From Spirochaetia bacterium (GTDB lineage: Bacteria > Spirochaetota > Spirochaetia > UBA9216), in NCBI GenBank assembly GCA_963677925.2, contig CAXXYH010000003.1:1-64000 (forward strand): a DNA stretch of 64,000 bases, read 5' to 3'. Position numbers and translations under genes: made by a program. Below the pieces are notes generated by a model that had not been told where the DNA came from, ran no database searches, and worked only from the letters and a program-made list of their open reading frames with translations. Positions 21,961 to 31,467 of this stretch are shown in pieces. Numbering within the stretch: the stretch's first letter is position 1; each line of letters begins with the position of its first letter.

Positions 21961-23827
21961 TTTTACTCCTCACATTAGGTAATTTAATAACAAAACTTGT
22001 ACCTTCTCCAACTTTGCTTTCAACATCTATTGTACCGTTGTGATCTTCGATAATGCCGAGCGAGATGGATAATCCAAGGCCTGTTCCTTTTCCGATATCC
22101 TTTGTTGTAAAAAAAGGTTCAAATAGTTTTGAAATATTTTCCGCCGGTATTCCGCTGCCTGTATCTTTTATCTTTATGGTTACCCAATCATCATCAGCAG
22201 AGGTGCTGACAAAAATTTTACCATGCTCCGATATTGCGTTTCCTGCATTAATGAGAATGTTAATGAACACCTGCGTAAGGCGGTCTTCCATGCAGTCTAT
22301 TACAGGGACTTTTTTAAGGTCAGTAATTATTTCACAGTTATATTTAAGTTCATTACGTGTAAGTTTCAGTGCTGTTTCAAGGGCATCATTAATATTTCCG
22401 GGTTTAGGTACATGATTTTCAGTTCTGGCAAAATTTTTGAGCCCCTGTACAATGTCCTTGATTTTTTCAGTTCCCGAAATTGATTCCTCTACAAGGTCGT
22501 TTATATCTGACATGATAAACTGTGTGTCCTGATTCCCGATGATATTTTTTACTTCATCAAGTGATTCGTTCAGCATTTTGCTGTCTTCAGATTGCCGCGC
22601 ATAAACTGCTTTTTCAATAGAACTGTACATTGATTTAAAAACATCAAGATATTCCTGAAGTGTTGTAAGATTATTATAGACATATCCTGTCGGATTATTT
22701 ATTTCGTGAGCAACACCTGCGGCAAGATGGCCGATAGATGCCATTTTTTCACTTGTTACCAGCTGCTCCTGTGTGCTTTTAATTTCCTCCCATGCTGTTG
22801 TAAGGCTCTTATTGGTCCATTCAAGCTGGCTTCTTCTTCTTTCAAGTGACTGATGCATTTTTATAAATGTTTCTGAAAGATACGTTATTTCACCGGCAAC
22901 TCTTGGTATTCTTGAAAGCTGTGTCCGCTTTCCCTCACTTATCTCAGAAATTTCTTTTGCAAGAATTTTAATAGGCCGGGACATTGTTATTGATGAAATT
23001 ATCGTGATAAGCAGGGTTGATATAATGCCTGTTAATATTGCCAGATAAAGCAATTTAGCACCTATTTCAGCCGAGATATTATTTCTTATCCTGTTTGAAG
23101 TATGCATCTCAATTTTAACAGGTGCAAATTCAAGTTCCAGAGAATTTACAGTGTCGTCATTTAAAAAATCACCTGATTCAATTATAAGTTCATTGTTAAT
23201 ATAAAATTTAAAACTGTGTTCAGGAGCCTGAACTGCCAGGTAATGTTTTACAGAATCATAAAATACCCTGAATTCAACCGCAAAAAGAATATACCCGTAT
23301 GAATATAAATCCTGTTCCTGTATTTTAACAAAGAATACGATTTGATGATTATCTGAGCTGATAAAAAATCCTCTGTTCTCGTCGTGCAAAGTCAATAAAG
23401 CATCATTTAAACTTTTGGTCAGTTCTGTATTTACACGGGCTTCTGATGAGGCAACGATAAGGCCTTCATTTGAAATCATATAATAAGTACCGTATATATC
23501 GCCGTTGTTAAAGGTTTTCCATTTTTCTGTTAAAAGTTCATCGGCATTCTCCGGATCTTCAAAAACGTTTTTAAAAATTAAATCCTGAGTATCATACTTC
23601 AAATCTCTGCTGTATTCATCAAGGTGACTTTCAATAATCTCTGATATTATAAGAAGTCTGTTCTGTTCATCAGCGTCTATATGGCGTCCCATGATCTGGT
23701 TAATATTAATCATAAAAACTGTCATCAATCCGGCTACAAGAAAGCCTACAATTATAAGATTCATCAGCCCCATCCGGAAAGGAATACTTCTGTTAAAAAA
23801 ACTTATAAAATTATTATTGTCTTTCAT
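21950..23827 (-). CDS. NtrB-like membrane sensor histidine kinase with HAMP domain
   Basis: AHEINNP H-box, N/G1/F/G2 boxes, two TM segments. Start 23827 follows AAGGAGG. Confidence 0.9.
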   Translation of the reverse strand: MKDNNNFISFFNRSIPFRMGLMNLIIVGFLVAGLMTVFMININQIMGRHIDADEQNRLLIISEIIESHLDEYSRDLKYDTQDLIFKNVFEDPENADELLTEKWKTFNNGDIYGTYYMISNEGLIVASSEARVNTELTKSLNDALLTLHDENRGFFISSDNHQIVFFVKIQEQDLYSYGYILFAVEFRVFYDSVKHYLAVQAPEHSFKFYINNELIIESGDFLNDDTVNSLELEFAPVKIEMHTSNRIRNNISAEIGAKLLYLAILTGIISTLLITIISSITMSRPIKILAKEISEISEGKRTQLSRIPRVAGEITYLSETFIKMHQSLERRRSQLEWTNKSLTTAWEEIKSTQEQLVTSEKMASIGHLAAGVAHEINNPTGYVYNNLTTLQEYLDVFKSMYSSIEKAVYARQSEDSKMLNESLDEVKNIIGNQDTQFIMSDINDLVEESISGTEKIKDIVQGLKNFARTENHVPKPGNINDALETALKLTRNELKYNCEIITDLKKVPVIDCMEDRLTQVFINILINAGNAISEHGKIFVSTSADDDWVTIKIKDTGSGIPAENISKLFEPFFTTKDIGKGTGLGLSISLGIIEDHNGTIDVESKVGEGTSFVIKLPNVRSKNDE

Positions 23828-23858
23828 GTTATCCTCCTTCCGAATGGGGTGCAGCGGT

Positions 23859-24797
23859 CTAACCGGCCATTGCTTCAGCACTTTTACCCTTCTCTCTTAT
23901 CCGTCTGTAAGCAGCTTTAAGCTGTGCAGATACAACACTGAATGTGAGACCGAAGTACATAAAGAACATTAAAAATCCAAGAACCGGATGTTCAAGATAT
24001 CTGCGTATGTTTGATTTACGGTATATAACTGGTCTGAAAAAATACCATCGCTTAAGCATTTCCATAAATCCGTTGGATTCCAGTCTTGCTGTAGATTCCA
24101 TTGCGGTAAAGTATCCCTTTTTTTTACTGAAAATATTTTTCCATGTTACCTGTTTTTCATCGTGGGTAACCTGTGTCTGCTGTGCCCTTCTTACAATTCC
24201 GCCCTGTTTTATGTACCGGATGGTCGGCTGAATTTCTTCAAAGGCAGTCTGCCGGGAATTAAGGCCGCCGCTTTGCTTATAAGCTCCGGTTCTCCAGAAA
24301 CGGGCTGCTTCTATTGAGTTTTTATCAAGGTCCGGGCCGGCATCGTTTAATACAGTTCTTTCAAATATTTTAACCCGGGTCCATATATTATTAAAATCAG
24401 ATACAGGTTTTTCCGGAACAACCAGAGCTCCGCAATCCGGTTCCTGCTCGAATTTCCTGACGCATGTTTCAATGCAATTTTTTTCCAGAGTCATATCACT
24501 ATCTATAAATAATATGTATTCCGGCTCATATTTCAATGCCTGTTCAATAGATGCTAATCTTGCAATACCTCTTTCACCATGGGGAAGTCTTAAGATTTCA
24601 ACTTCACTCGTAATATTCCCGGCTGTTCTGTCTGCACTGAGATAAAGATCCAGATTTTCCAAAGTATTGTCTGTAGAGCCGTCGTCAGAAATTACGACTT
24701 TGATGTCACTATAAGTCTGCTTTATTATACTGTCCAGACATGAAACTGCATGGTCCGGATTGTTATATGTTGAAAACACTACTGCTACACAACCCAT
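23859..24797 (-). CDS. Glycosyltransferase family 2
   Basis: DDGSTD, FIDSD motif, C-terminal TM. Confidence 0.85.
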   Translation of the reverse strand: MGCVAVVFSTYNNPDHAVSCLDSIIKQTYSDIKVVISDDGSTDNTLENLDLYLSADRTAGNITSEVEILRLPHGERGIARLASIEQALKYEPEYILFIDSDMTLEKNCIETCVRKFEQEPDCGALVVPEKPVSDFNNIWTRVKIFERTVLNDAGPDLDKNSIEAARFWRTGAYKQSGGLNSRQTAFEEIQPTIRYIKQGGIVRRAQQTQVTHDEKQVTWKNIFSKKKGYFTAMESTARLESNGFMEMLKRWYFFRPVIYRKSNIRRYLEHPVLGFLMFFMYFGLTFSVVSAQLKAAYRRIREKGKSAEAMAG

Positions 24798-25972
24798 TTC
24801 AGTCCTCCTTTTGAATATGTGAGAGTATTAAGAAATTCTGTAAATAATTGTCCTGTTTTTTTCCAGTCGAGTCTGAAGGCATACGAATAAGCTTTGATCT
24901 GCATGTTACGGTAATCAATGTCGTTACTGCAGGCTTTAAAACACTTGGATGCAAGCTCTTGCGTACTCCGATCACTGCACATATAACCGGCATTTCCGTA
25001 ATCTACAGCATCCCTTGTCCCTGGAGCATCAAAAACTATACTGGGAGTACCCACTGCAGCAGCCTCGCTTATAATCAAGCCCCAGCCTTCCCTGACAGAA
25101 GGAAAGATAAGAGCTTTAGCCCTGCTCATCAATTCGAGCTTTTTCTCTTCTGAAACGAAGCCCCAGATAACAACATCCGGATTTTCATCCCTTGGTCCGA
25201 TACTCAGACCGATTTTACTGCAGAGAGGCAGAAGAACCTTTTTCACATATTCATTATCAGGCTTACCCACGAGCCAAAGAACAGCATCTCTATGCTGTTT
25301 CTTAACCTCTGAAAAGGCGATAATAGCCTTGTTTATTCCCTTATAGCGGCTGTATCTGCCCACATAGATAAACGCAGGCCCTTCATCCTTTTTTTCCCAT
25401 TTATCTGCCTCCCAGGGAGTAAACGACAAACCCTCAGGCAGAATGCTTATCTTTTCCTTATTAAACCCTATTCGTATAAGTTCAGCTGCAGTTGAATTAG
25501 AAACTGTTATAGTCCGGTCATACCTGTGCAGCCGAAGCATTGGCGATTCAAGCAGATAACCTGCAAGGCTGAATGGAAAACTCATTTGCTGAAACCAGAT
25601 TTCCCTTGTCTGCTGATGAATAAAAAACAGTCTTTTTTCTTTTTCAACCCAGAAAGGAGTAAAGAACTGATGGGTATTTGACTGGTCAACCACATAATCA
25701 ATATTCTGTTTATTATAGTTATAGAATTCTTTTGCTTTGCCTATTACGTTTAATAGGGAACCTTCTCTTATATAGAGGATACCGTCAATAAACTCATAAT
25801 CTGAAAGACCATCAACACCGCATGAAAAATGTATGAAACGGTATTTATCATGGTCAGCATTTTTAAGCATTTCATGTGTATAAACTTCGGCTCCTCCGGC
25901 CTTAGGAGATTTTATATCCCTCCAGGAAAGGAAAAGCACTGTAACTCTGTTTTCACTGTAAATTTCTTTCAT
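24785..25972 (-). CDS. Glycosyltransferase family 4
   Basis: WRDIKSPKAGGAE, YVGR...KG, EGWGLIISEA. Confidence 0.9.
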   Translation of the reverse strand: MKEIYSENRVTVLFLSWRDIKSPKAGGAEVYTHEMLKNADHDKYRFIHFSCGVDGLSDYEFIDGILYIREGSLLNVIGKAKEFYNYNKQNIDYVVDQSNTHQFFTPFWVEKEKRLFFIHQQTREIWFQQMSFPFSLAGYLLESPMLRLHRYDRTITVSNSTAAELIRIGFNKEKISILPEGLSFTPWEADKWEKKDEGPAFIYVGRYSRYKGINKAIIAFSEVKKQHRDAVLWLVGKPDNEYVKKVLLPLCSKIGLSIGPRDENPDVVIWGFVSEEKKLELMSRAKALIFPSVREGWGLIISEAAAVGTPSIVFDAPGTRDAVDYGNAGYMCSDRSTQELASKCFKACSNDIDYRNMQIKAYSYAFRLDWKKTGQLFTEFLNTLTYSKGGLKWVV

Positions 25973-26000
25973 CGTATCCTCCTCAATGCAGTATGATTAT

Positions 26001-26017
26001 TGCAATAATGATGCCAA
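26001..26017 (-). promoter_or_regulatory. Sigma54 (-24/-12) promoter of the GT4-GT2-HK-RR-RR operon
   Basis: Minus strand TTGGCATCATTATTGCA, with exact GG-N10-GC spacing. Confidence 0.8.
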
Positions 26018-26055
26018 GTGCCGGTAACCGGGCAGAATGACAAAATATCAGCCTA

Positions 26056-26105
26056 TGTGCAAAGATTGTACAGTTACAAAATTTGCACCTGTGCAGAAAA
26101 TGTAA
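26056..26105. promoter_or_regulatory. Three putative enhancer (UAS) boxes, GTGCA-N5-TGTA
   Basis: 26056-70, 26074-88 (reverse) and 26090-105; near-identical copies at 31317-31361. Confidence 0.6.
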
Positions 26106-26117
26106 TAGCATTCAGGT

Positions 26118-27545
26118 ATGGATACAGGAGTATATAAGCCATTGATGCTCATTGCGGATGATGATGATCTTTATCTGTCATCTCTTTTAAGGGCAATACG
26201 GAGTAATGAAATCATTGATCATATTAGACTTGATTCAGCAGCCGGAGGTCCTGAGGCTGTCAGAATGATAGAACAGAAAAAATACGATATCATTCTGACA
26301 GATCTTCATATGCCAGAAGTTCCCGGAGATCTGGTAGCCGAAGCAGCTCTTGAAGAAAATCCGGAGATTTTCATTCTTATAATGACAGGCTATTCAGATC
26401 TGAAAAGTGCGGTAGATCTTATTAAAAAGGGAATTTATGACTACATACCAAAACCCTTTAATACATCAGAGCTTATATTAAAAATCAGAAGAATAATTCT
26501 TCAGATAAAACAGAAAAATGAATTGGAAGATTTAAAGAATGAACTCAACAGAAGGAATCAGTATGACTCGTCAATAGTTTATTCTGATCCAAAAATGGGT
26601 AAATTATTAAAAACGGCTTCAGGAATCGCCGACACCGATTTTCCTGTATTAATAATGGGTGAAAGCGGTACCGGAAAAGAGCTTATAGCAGATCTTATAC
26701 ATAAGTACAGTCCCCGCTCAAACGGCCCGTTCATAAAGATAAACTGCGCCGGTCTTGTATCCAGTCTTCTTGAAAGTGAACTTTTCGGGCATGAAAAGGG
26801 GGCTTTTACCGGGGCTTTGCGGGAAAAACCGGGTAAATTTGAACTTGCCGACCATGGAACACTGTTTCTGGACGAAATCGGAGATATGGAAATGTCAATT
26901 CAGGCAAAATTCCTCCGGCTGCTTCAGCAGGGTGAATTTCAGCGTGTCGGAGGCACCCGGACTCTTAAAAGTGATGTTAGAATTCTTGCCGCAACAAATA
27001 AAAATCTTAAAAAACAGATAGAGGCAGGAGAATTCAGGGAGGATTTGTACTACAGACTGAATACAATAGAGATTGATATTCCGCCGCTTAGAGAGAGAAC
27101 ATCTGACATACCTCTGCTTGTAATGCATTTTCTTGATGCTCTTGGAGAACACTACAACAGACCGTCTGCAGGTGTCTCTAAAGAAGCTATTAAGGTTCTT
27201 TCTGCTTACAGCTACCCCGGGAATATACGTGAACTTGAGAACATTATTTCGCATGCATATGCTCTTGCCCGTGAAGATGAGATTACTATAGAGGATTTAC
27301 CGCCTCAAATTTCCAGAAGCATGCCTAAAGGGAGTGAATCCTCAGCAGAAACACCTGAAAATGATATTGTCAGAATTCATGACAACCTTCTCCGCCCTCT
27401 TGATATTCAGGTTTCCGAACTTGAAAAACAGGCCATTACAGAAGCATTAAAACAAACCGGAAACAACAGAATTCAGGCGGCGAAAATTCTTAACATATCA
27501 AGAAGACAATTTTATTATAAACTTGAAAAATATGATATCTCCTGA
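26118..27545 (+). CDS. NtrC-family sigma54-dependent response regulator
   Basis: REC domain, [20 protein letters not shown], Fis-type HTH. Confidence 0.95.
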   Translation: MDTGVYKPLMLIADDDDLYLSSLLRAIRSNEIIDHIRLDSAAGGPEAVRMIEQKKYDIILTDLHMPEVPGDLVAEAALEENPEIFILIMTGYSDLKSAVDLIKKGIYDYIPKPFNTSELILKIRRIILQIKQKNELEDLKNELNRRNQYDSSIVYSDPKMGKLLKTASGIADTDFPVLIMGESGTGKELIADLIHKYSPRSNGPFIKINCAGLVSSLLESELFGHEKGAFTGALREKPGKFELADHGTLFLDEIGDMEMSIQAKFLRLLQQGEFQRVGGTRTLKSDVRILAATNKNLKKQIEAGEFREDLYYRLNTIEIDIPPLRERTSDIPLLVMHFLDALGEHYNRPSAGVSKEAIKVLSAYSYPGNIRELENIISHAYALAREDEITIEDLPPQISRSMPKGSESSAETPENDIVRIHDNLLRPLDIQVSELEKQAITEALKQTGNNRIQAAKILNISRRQFYYKLEKYDIS

Positions 27546-27547
27546 TG

Positions 27548-27564
27548 TTGGCATAATAAATGCA
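27548..27564 (+). promoter_or_regulatory. Probable sigma54 promoter of the GT2-RR pair
   Basis: TTGGCATAATAAATGCA, GG-N10-GC. Confidence 0.6.
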
Positions 27565-27595
27565 TTCTATTCATATCAAACCGAATCAGGAGGAT

Positions 27596-28732
27596 ATGAT
27601 GAAAAAAGAATACGTAATTATTATGCAGCAGAAAGATTCCGCAATGGATCTTTCTATTGTTAAAGATTTTTATACAAATATTAACTTCAATGAAAATATA
27701 GACGCTGAAATCTTTTCAAGGGGTGTCGGAATTATTGATTACCGGGATCAGGAAGATATACTGGAGGCTGCTAGGAATCTCCGTGAGAAAAATAAGTCGC
27801 TGCCACTTCTGATTCTTCGTGAATTCGGGGCAAGAGACAGCAGTCCGCTGCTTGGCGTTCTGCCTGGCTCCGGGCAGGCCAGAGTGCTTTACTATAAATC
27901 GAGTGAACAGCAGCAGCTTCTCGCAGCAGTTCAGGCAATGCTTCATCCTGAGTATCCATCCAAACGAACAGACATCGCAGTAATTCTTCCGGTTTATAAT
28001 GAAGAATCAAGATTCAAACACGTAGTTAATTTTACCCATAAGGTAAAGGAACTTATTGAAGATTCATTTCTTAATTTGAGTATTTTCTTTATAAACGACG
28101 GAAGTACAGACAAGACGGATATTCTTGTTCATGAACTTACATCAGAGAGCATCGATGATCTGCCTCTTATTCAGAGACAGCAATTCCTAGGTCAGCGTCA
28201 GCTTACAAATAATACAAGGAAAGCCGGAACTTACATTGAAGCAATATCAAAAATTCAGGCGGATATTCTTGTTTTTGCTGATGCCGATGATTCGTTTTCA
28301 GTAGAGGATATAGCAAGGTTTATAAATATAATTCAGGACGGCTATTACGATATGGTGGTTGGAACAAAGGATCTTACAGCGGAAAACCGTTCTATGGTGC
28401 GCAGAATGATGAGTTTCGCCAAAAGAATACTGACAAAGAATCTGCTTCCTGAAGGTGTATATGATTCTCAAACCGGACTGAAGGCTTTTAATGCCCTTGC
28501 AGCCAGGTATATTATAGGAAACCTTCATCAGGCTACCGAACTGGCAATAGATCTTGAAATGCTGTTTCTGGCAAAAAAGATGCGGTTCAGAGTCCTTCAG
28601 AAACCTGTCTACTGTCTTGACCGTGAAGGCTCACATGTAAATATAGTAAGTGATTCAATAGCTTTTATAAAGAATATAGTAAAGATACCCAGAATGAACA
28701 GAAATATAGTTTTTGAAGAGGTGCAGATATGA
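27596..28732 (+). CDS. GT2 (polyprenyl-phosphate glycosyltransferase-like) with N-terminal receiver-like domain
   Basis: ILPVYNEE, NDGSTD, ADADDS, DSQTGLKAF. Start 27596 follows AGGAGG. Confidence 0.8.
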   Translation: MMKKEYVIIMQQKDSAMDLSIVKDFYTNINFNENIDAEIFSRGVGIIDYRDQEDILEAARNLREKNKSLPLLILREFGARDSSPLLGVLPGSGQARVLYYKSSEQQQLLAAVQAMLHPEYPSKRTDIAVILPVYNEESRFKHVVNFTHKVKELIEDSFLNLSIFFINDGSTDKTDILVHELTSESIDDLPLIQRQQFLGQRQLTNNTRKAGTYIEAISKIQADILVFADADDSFSVEDIARFINIIQDGYYDMVVGTKDLTAENRSMVRRMMSFAKRILTKNLLPEGVYDSQTGLKAFNALAARYIIGNLHQATELAIDLEMLFLAKKMRFRVLQKPVYCLDREGSHVNIVSDSIAFIKNIVKIPRMNRNIVFEEVQI

Positions 28733-29370
28733 ACGCAACAATACTTTTTGTAGATGATGAAAAAGCCGTTCTTGACGGTATTAAAAGAAGACTTTCCGGT
28801 ACACCATATTCCCTGCTTTTTGCAAACAGCGGAAAGGAAGCCCTTGGAATACTTGAAACAGTTAAGGTGGATGTTATTGTAGCAGATCTTGTTATGCCCG
28901 GGATAAGCGGTCTTCAGCTTCTTGAAGAAGTTGCCGCATCATACCCGCTGACGGTAAGAATAATCCTGTCAGGTTTTACTGAGGTTCCGTCAATTCTAAA
29001 CGCCCTTAACTCTAATCTGATATTCAGATTCCTTACAAAGCCGTGGCGCATAGATGATGATGGTCTTAATGTGCTCAAGGAAGCTGTAAAACAGGCTGAG
29101 ATGAACCGTAGTGCTGAGAACAAGGCTTTCCAGGTTCCGCTTGAAATCCTGCTGAAACTTTTTGATCAGCATAATGTTCAGTATGTAGTCGGAAATCAGG
29201 CAGGCGTTGTAGAATTCAGCAGTATTGAAAATATGATGGGAAAAACTGTAATTTACAGTGACAGCTCACATAAGCTGACAGTTTCAGGAGCAGACGGTTT
29301 GTCCCAGGGTTCAGAAGTTACTGAAATATTTTCAAGCCTTACCGGGCAGACCGCATACGTAACTTATTGA
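28729..29370 (+). CDS. Response regulator with unrecognised C-terminal extension
   Basis: FVDDE, ADLVMPG, KPW. Confidence 0.85.
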   Translation: MNATILFVDDEKAVLDGIKRRLSGTPYSLLFANSGKEALGILETVKVDVIVADLVMPGISGLQLLEEVAASYPLTVRIILSGFTEVPSILNALNSNLIFRFLTKPWRIDDDGLNVLKEAVKQAEMNRSAENKAFQVPLEILLKLFDQHNVQYVVGNQAGVVEFSSIENMMGKTVIYSDSSHKLTVSGADGLSQGSEVTEIFSSLTGQTAYVTY

Positions 29371-30586
29371 ATCTGATAAGGGCGTATATTATAAGAACTG
29401 ACGCAGCAGCACCGAACAGAATCATTTCTGTGAAAAGAACATCATAGATTGCTGAAGAAAACCGGATGAGACCGATAGGAAGAATAACAGCAAGAAGGGA
29501 CAGAAAAATAAGATAGTAGCTGTCCCTGATTGCAATAAATGTGGTAACCAGATAAAAAATCAGAAGCAGGAGGCTGTAGGCCGCAGCTGCCACAACAAAA
29601 TAATTTCCGGCTTCGGCATAATTACTTCCGAATAACGGGACTACAGTCCAGGGGAGAATCCACTTAAAACCGGCAAGAGAAACTGTTAGAAGACAGGCAA
29701 GTAAAGCAAGCTGCTTCAGCCATGTTTTAATAAAAACAGAATAATCAGAAGCTGCACGGTTAAGGCCGGGCGTCAGAAGGGCAAAAAGACTGAATCCTGC
29801 AAAGAATATCAGCTGACTGTAGCGCAGCACAACGGCGAAAATACCGGAGTTCTCAGGCAGCCTGTTATTAACAATAAGCATATCCAGCGCAGTTAAATAG
29901 TATAAAAATATATTACCTGCAATAACAAAAGCGATTTTTCTGAAAGTAAAAGGTACCGATTTTTTTTCTTCTGAGAACATCTTCCAGCTCCGCAATAGTC
30001 TGCGGTACTGCGGCCTGGCTGCTATGAGGGTATGTATAAAGGATACCAGCATTCCGGCGAGGAGGCAGAAAATAACTTTTTCCAGATTCAAACTTGCCCG
30101 TAGAAATAAAACCAGAAGCAGAATTTTAGTAAGTACTTCCAGATAAAAGCTAATATTTAGTCTTAAAAACTGTTCCCTGGCCTGAAAAATTCCTCTTCCT
30201 ATACTGAGAGCTACATTAAGTATAAAAATTCCAAGAACCATCAGCAGCGGTCTAAAACTAATTCTTAAAAACGTTTCGATTCTTGAATGGAAAATCAGAA
30301 CTATAATCAAAACGGCCGTTATGTATATAAACGCATTGAAAGCTACGCTGTGCATTTCTCTTCTTATCTTCTTATCCTGAACCAGTGATCTTCCAATATA
30401 TGACTGGAAGGAAATACCAATTACAAAGAGAATGGATGCGAAGGACATAAGCGCATTGAATCTGCCGTAATCGCTTCCGCTTGAAGCTCTGCTGACTGCA
30501 ATATGGAAAAGGTAATTGAAACCGTTAAGACCGATATCAAATATCAGAAATAGTGCTTTTTCACGGTTTTTACTGAGAGGTTTCAT
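29339..30586 (-). CDS. Wzx/MATE-like oligosaccharide flippase
   Basis: About 12 TM segments, NYLFHIAVSR...DYGRF, glycosyltransferase context. Confidence 0.75.
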   Translation of the reverse strand: MKPLSKNREKALFLIFDIGLNGFNYLFHIAVSRASSGSDYGRFNALMSFASILFVIGISFQSYIGRSLVQDKKIRREMHSVAFNAFIYITAVLIIVLIFHSRIETFLRISFRPLLMVLGIFILNVALSIGRGIFQAREQFLRLNISFYLEVLTKILLLVLFLRASLNLEKVIFCLLAGMLVSFIHTLIAARPQYRRLLRSWKMFSEEKKSVPFTFRKIAFVIAGNIFLYYLTALDMLIVNNRLPENSGIFAVVLRYSQLIFFAGFSLFALLTPGLNRAASDYSVFIKTWLKQLALLACLLTVSLAGFKWILPWTVVPLFGSNYAEAGNYFVVAAAAYSLLLLIFYLVTTFIAIRDSYYLIFLSLLAVILPIGLIRFSSAIYDVLFTEMILFGAAASVLIIYALIRFNKLRMRSAR

Positions 30587-31265
30587 AAAGCCCCTTCAAC
30601 GGCAGTTTAATAATTCCCTTCACTCTTTCTGATTCAAATAGTATATCAAGACGCCCTTTTGAATGATCGTTAATAAGATAACCGGCTGTAATATATGAAC
30701 TGCTTCTTTGATAATCTGCAGTCCAGAGCTTTGCTGAATCTGATTCAGCCTCTATCCAGAAGAATACATTCTCATTATCAAAATTTATTCCGGCATAGAG
30801 TTTTTGCTGTCCTGATAACGTTTCCTCTTTAGAACACTCTGAAACAAGAATTTCCACTACACAGCATAATGATAGAATCAATGAAAAAGGACTGCACCAG
30901 ACAGAAATTCCTCCGCCTTCCTTATCGTATTCAAGGATAAATTTGTATTTCCATAGATTTCTTGTAACATAAAGAGCTGATTCAAATACTTCATCAGCAG
31001 GGAAATCCTGAAATGGACGATAAAAATCAGATGATAATAGTGAAAGTCCTTTGATTATTCTGTTCATAGTACGGTTTCCGGTTAGTGAATCCTTAACTGC
31101 ATCCTTAATTTCGTCTTTATCCATATCGTCCTGTTCAATTTCATGTTCAATATACTCAAGATTGTCATGAATAAACTGAATTGGTGAATTAAGTTCATGT
31201 ATAATTCCCGGTAAAAGTTTGATAATAAGTCTCTCTGAATACTCAATATTTTCTTTAAGATCCAA
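30570..31265 (-). CDS. Degenerate histidine-kinase-like protein (H-box present, ATPase boxes lost)
   Basis: GIIHELNSPIQFIHDNL; no recognisable N, DxGxG or G2 boxes. Confidence 0.65.
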   Translation of the reverse strand: MDLKENIEYSERLIIKLLPGIIHELNSPIQFIHDNLEYIEHEIEQDDMDKDEIKDAVKDSLTGNRTMNRIIKGLSLLSSDFYRPFQDFPADEVFESALYVTRNLWKYKFILEYDKEGGGISVWCSPFSLILSLCCVVEILVSECSKEETLSGQQKLYAGINFDNENVFFWIEAESDSAKLWTADYQRSSSYITAGYLINDHSKGRLDILFESERVKGIIKLPLKGLYETSQ

Positions 31266-31316
31266 TCTAATCTCCCTGCTAAATTATCATGCGCAGATTA
31301 TTCAAAGTCAATTTTC

Positions 31317-31361
31317 TTACAAAATTTGCACAATTAGCAATTTAGCTACATTTTCTGCACA
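31317..31361. promoter_or_regulatory. Two putative enhancer (UAS) boxes
   Basis: TTACAAAATTTGCAC is identical to 26074-88; TACATTTTCTGCACA is the reverse complement of 26090-104. Confidence 0.6.
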
Positions 31362-31413
31362 TAAATTTGCTCAAAATCATGCCTAGGCAGCCTGAAATCT
31401 ATATTTTTAGCGA

Positions 31414-31430
31414 TTGGCATGTTTGTTGCA
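31414..31430 (+). promoter_or_regulatory. Sigma54 promoter of the LruC-domain gene
   Basis: TTGGCATGTTTGTTGCA. Confidence 0.8.
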
Positions 31431-31467
31431 CATATTACATAGAAATTTCTTGTTGAAGGGAGAAAAT

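Noticed and set aside
31368-31386. Possible minus-strand sigma54 promoter (AGGCATGATTTTGAGC) for the pseudo-kinase
   Set aside because: GG-to-GC spacing is 11 nt rather than the required 10.
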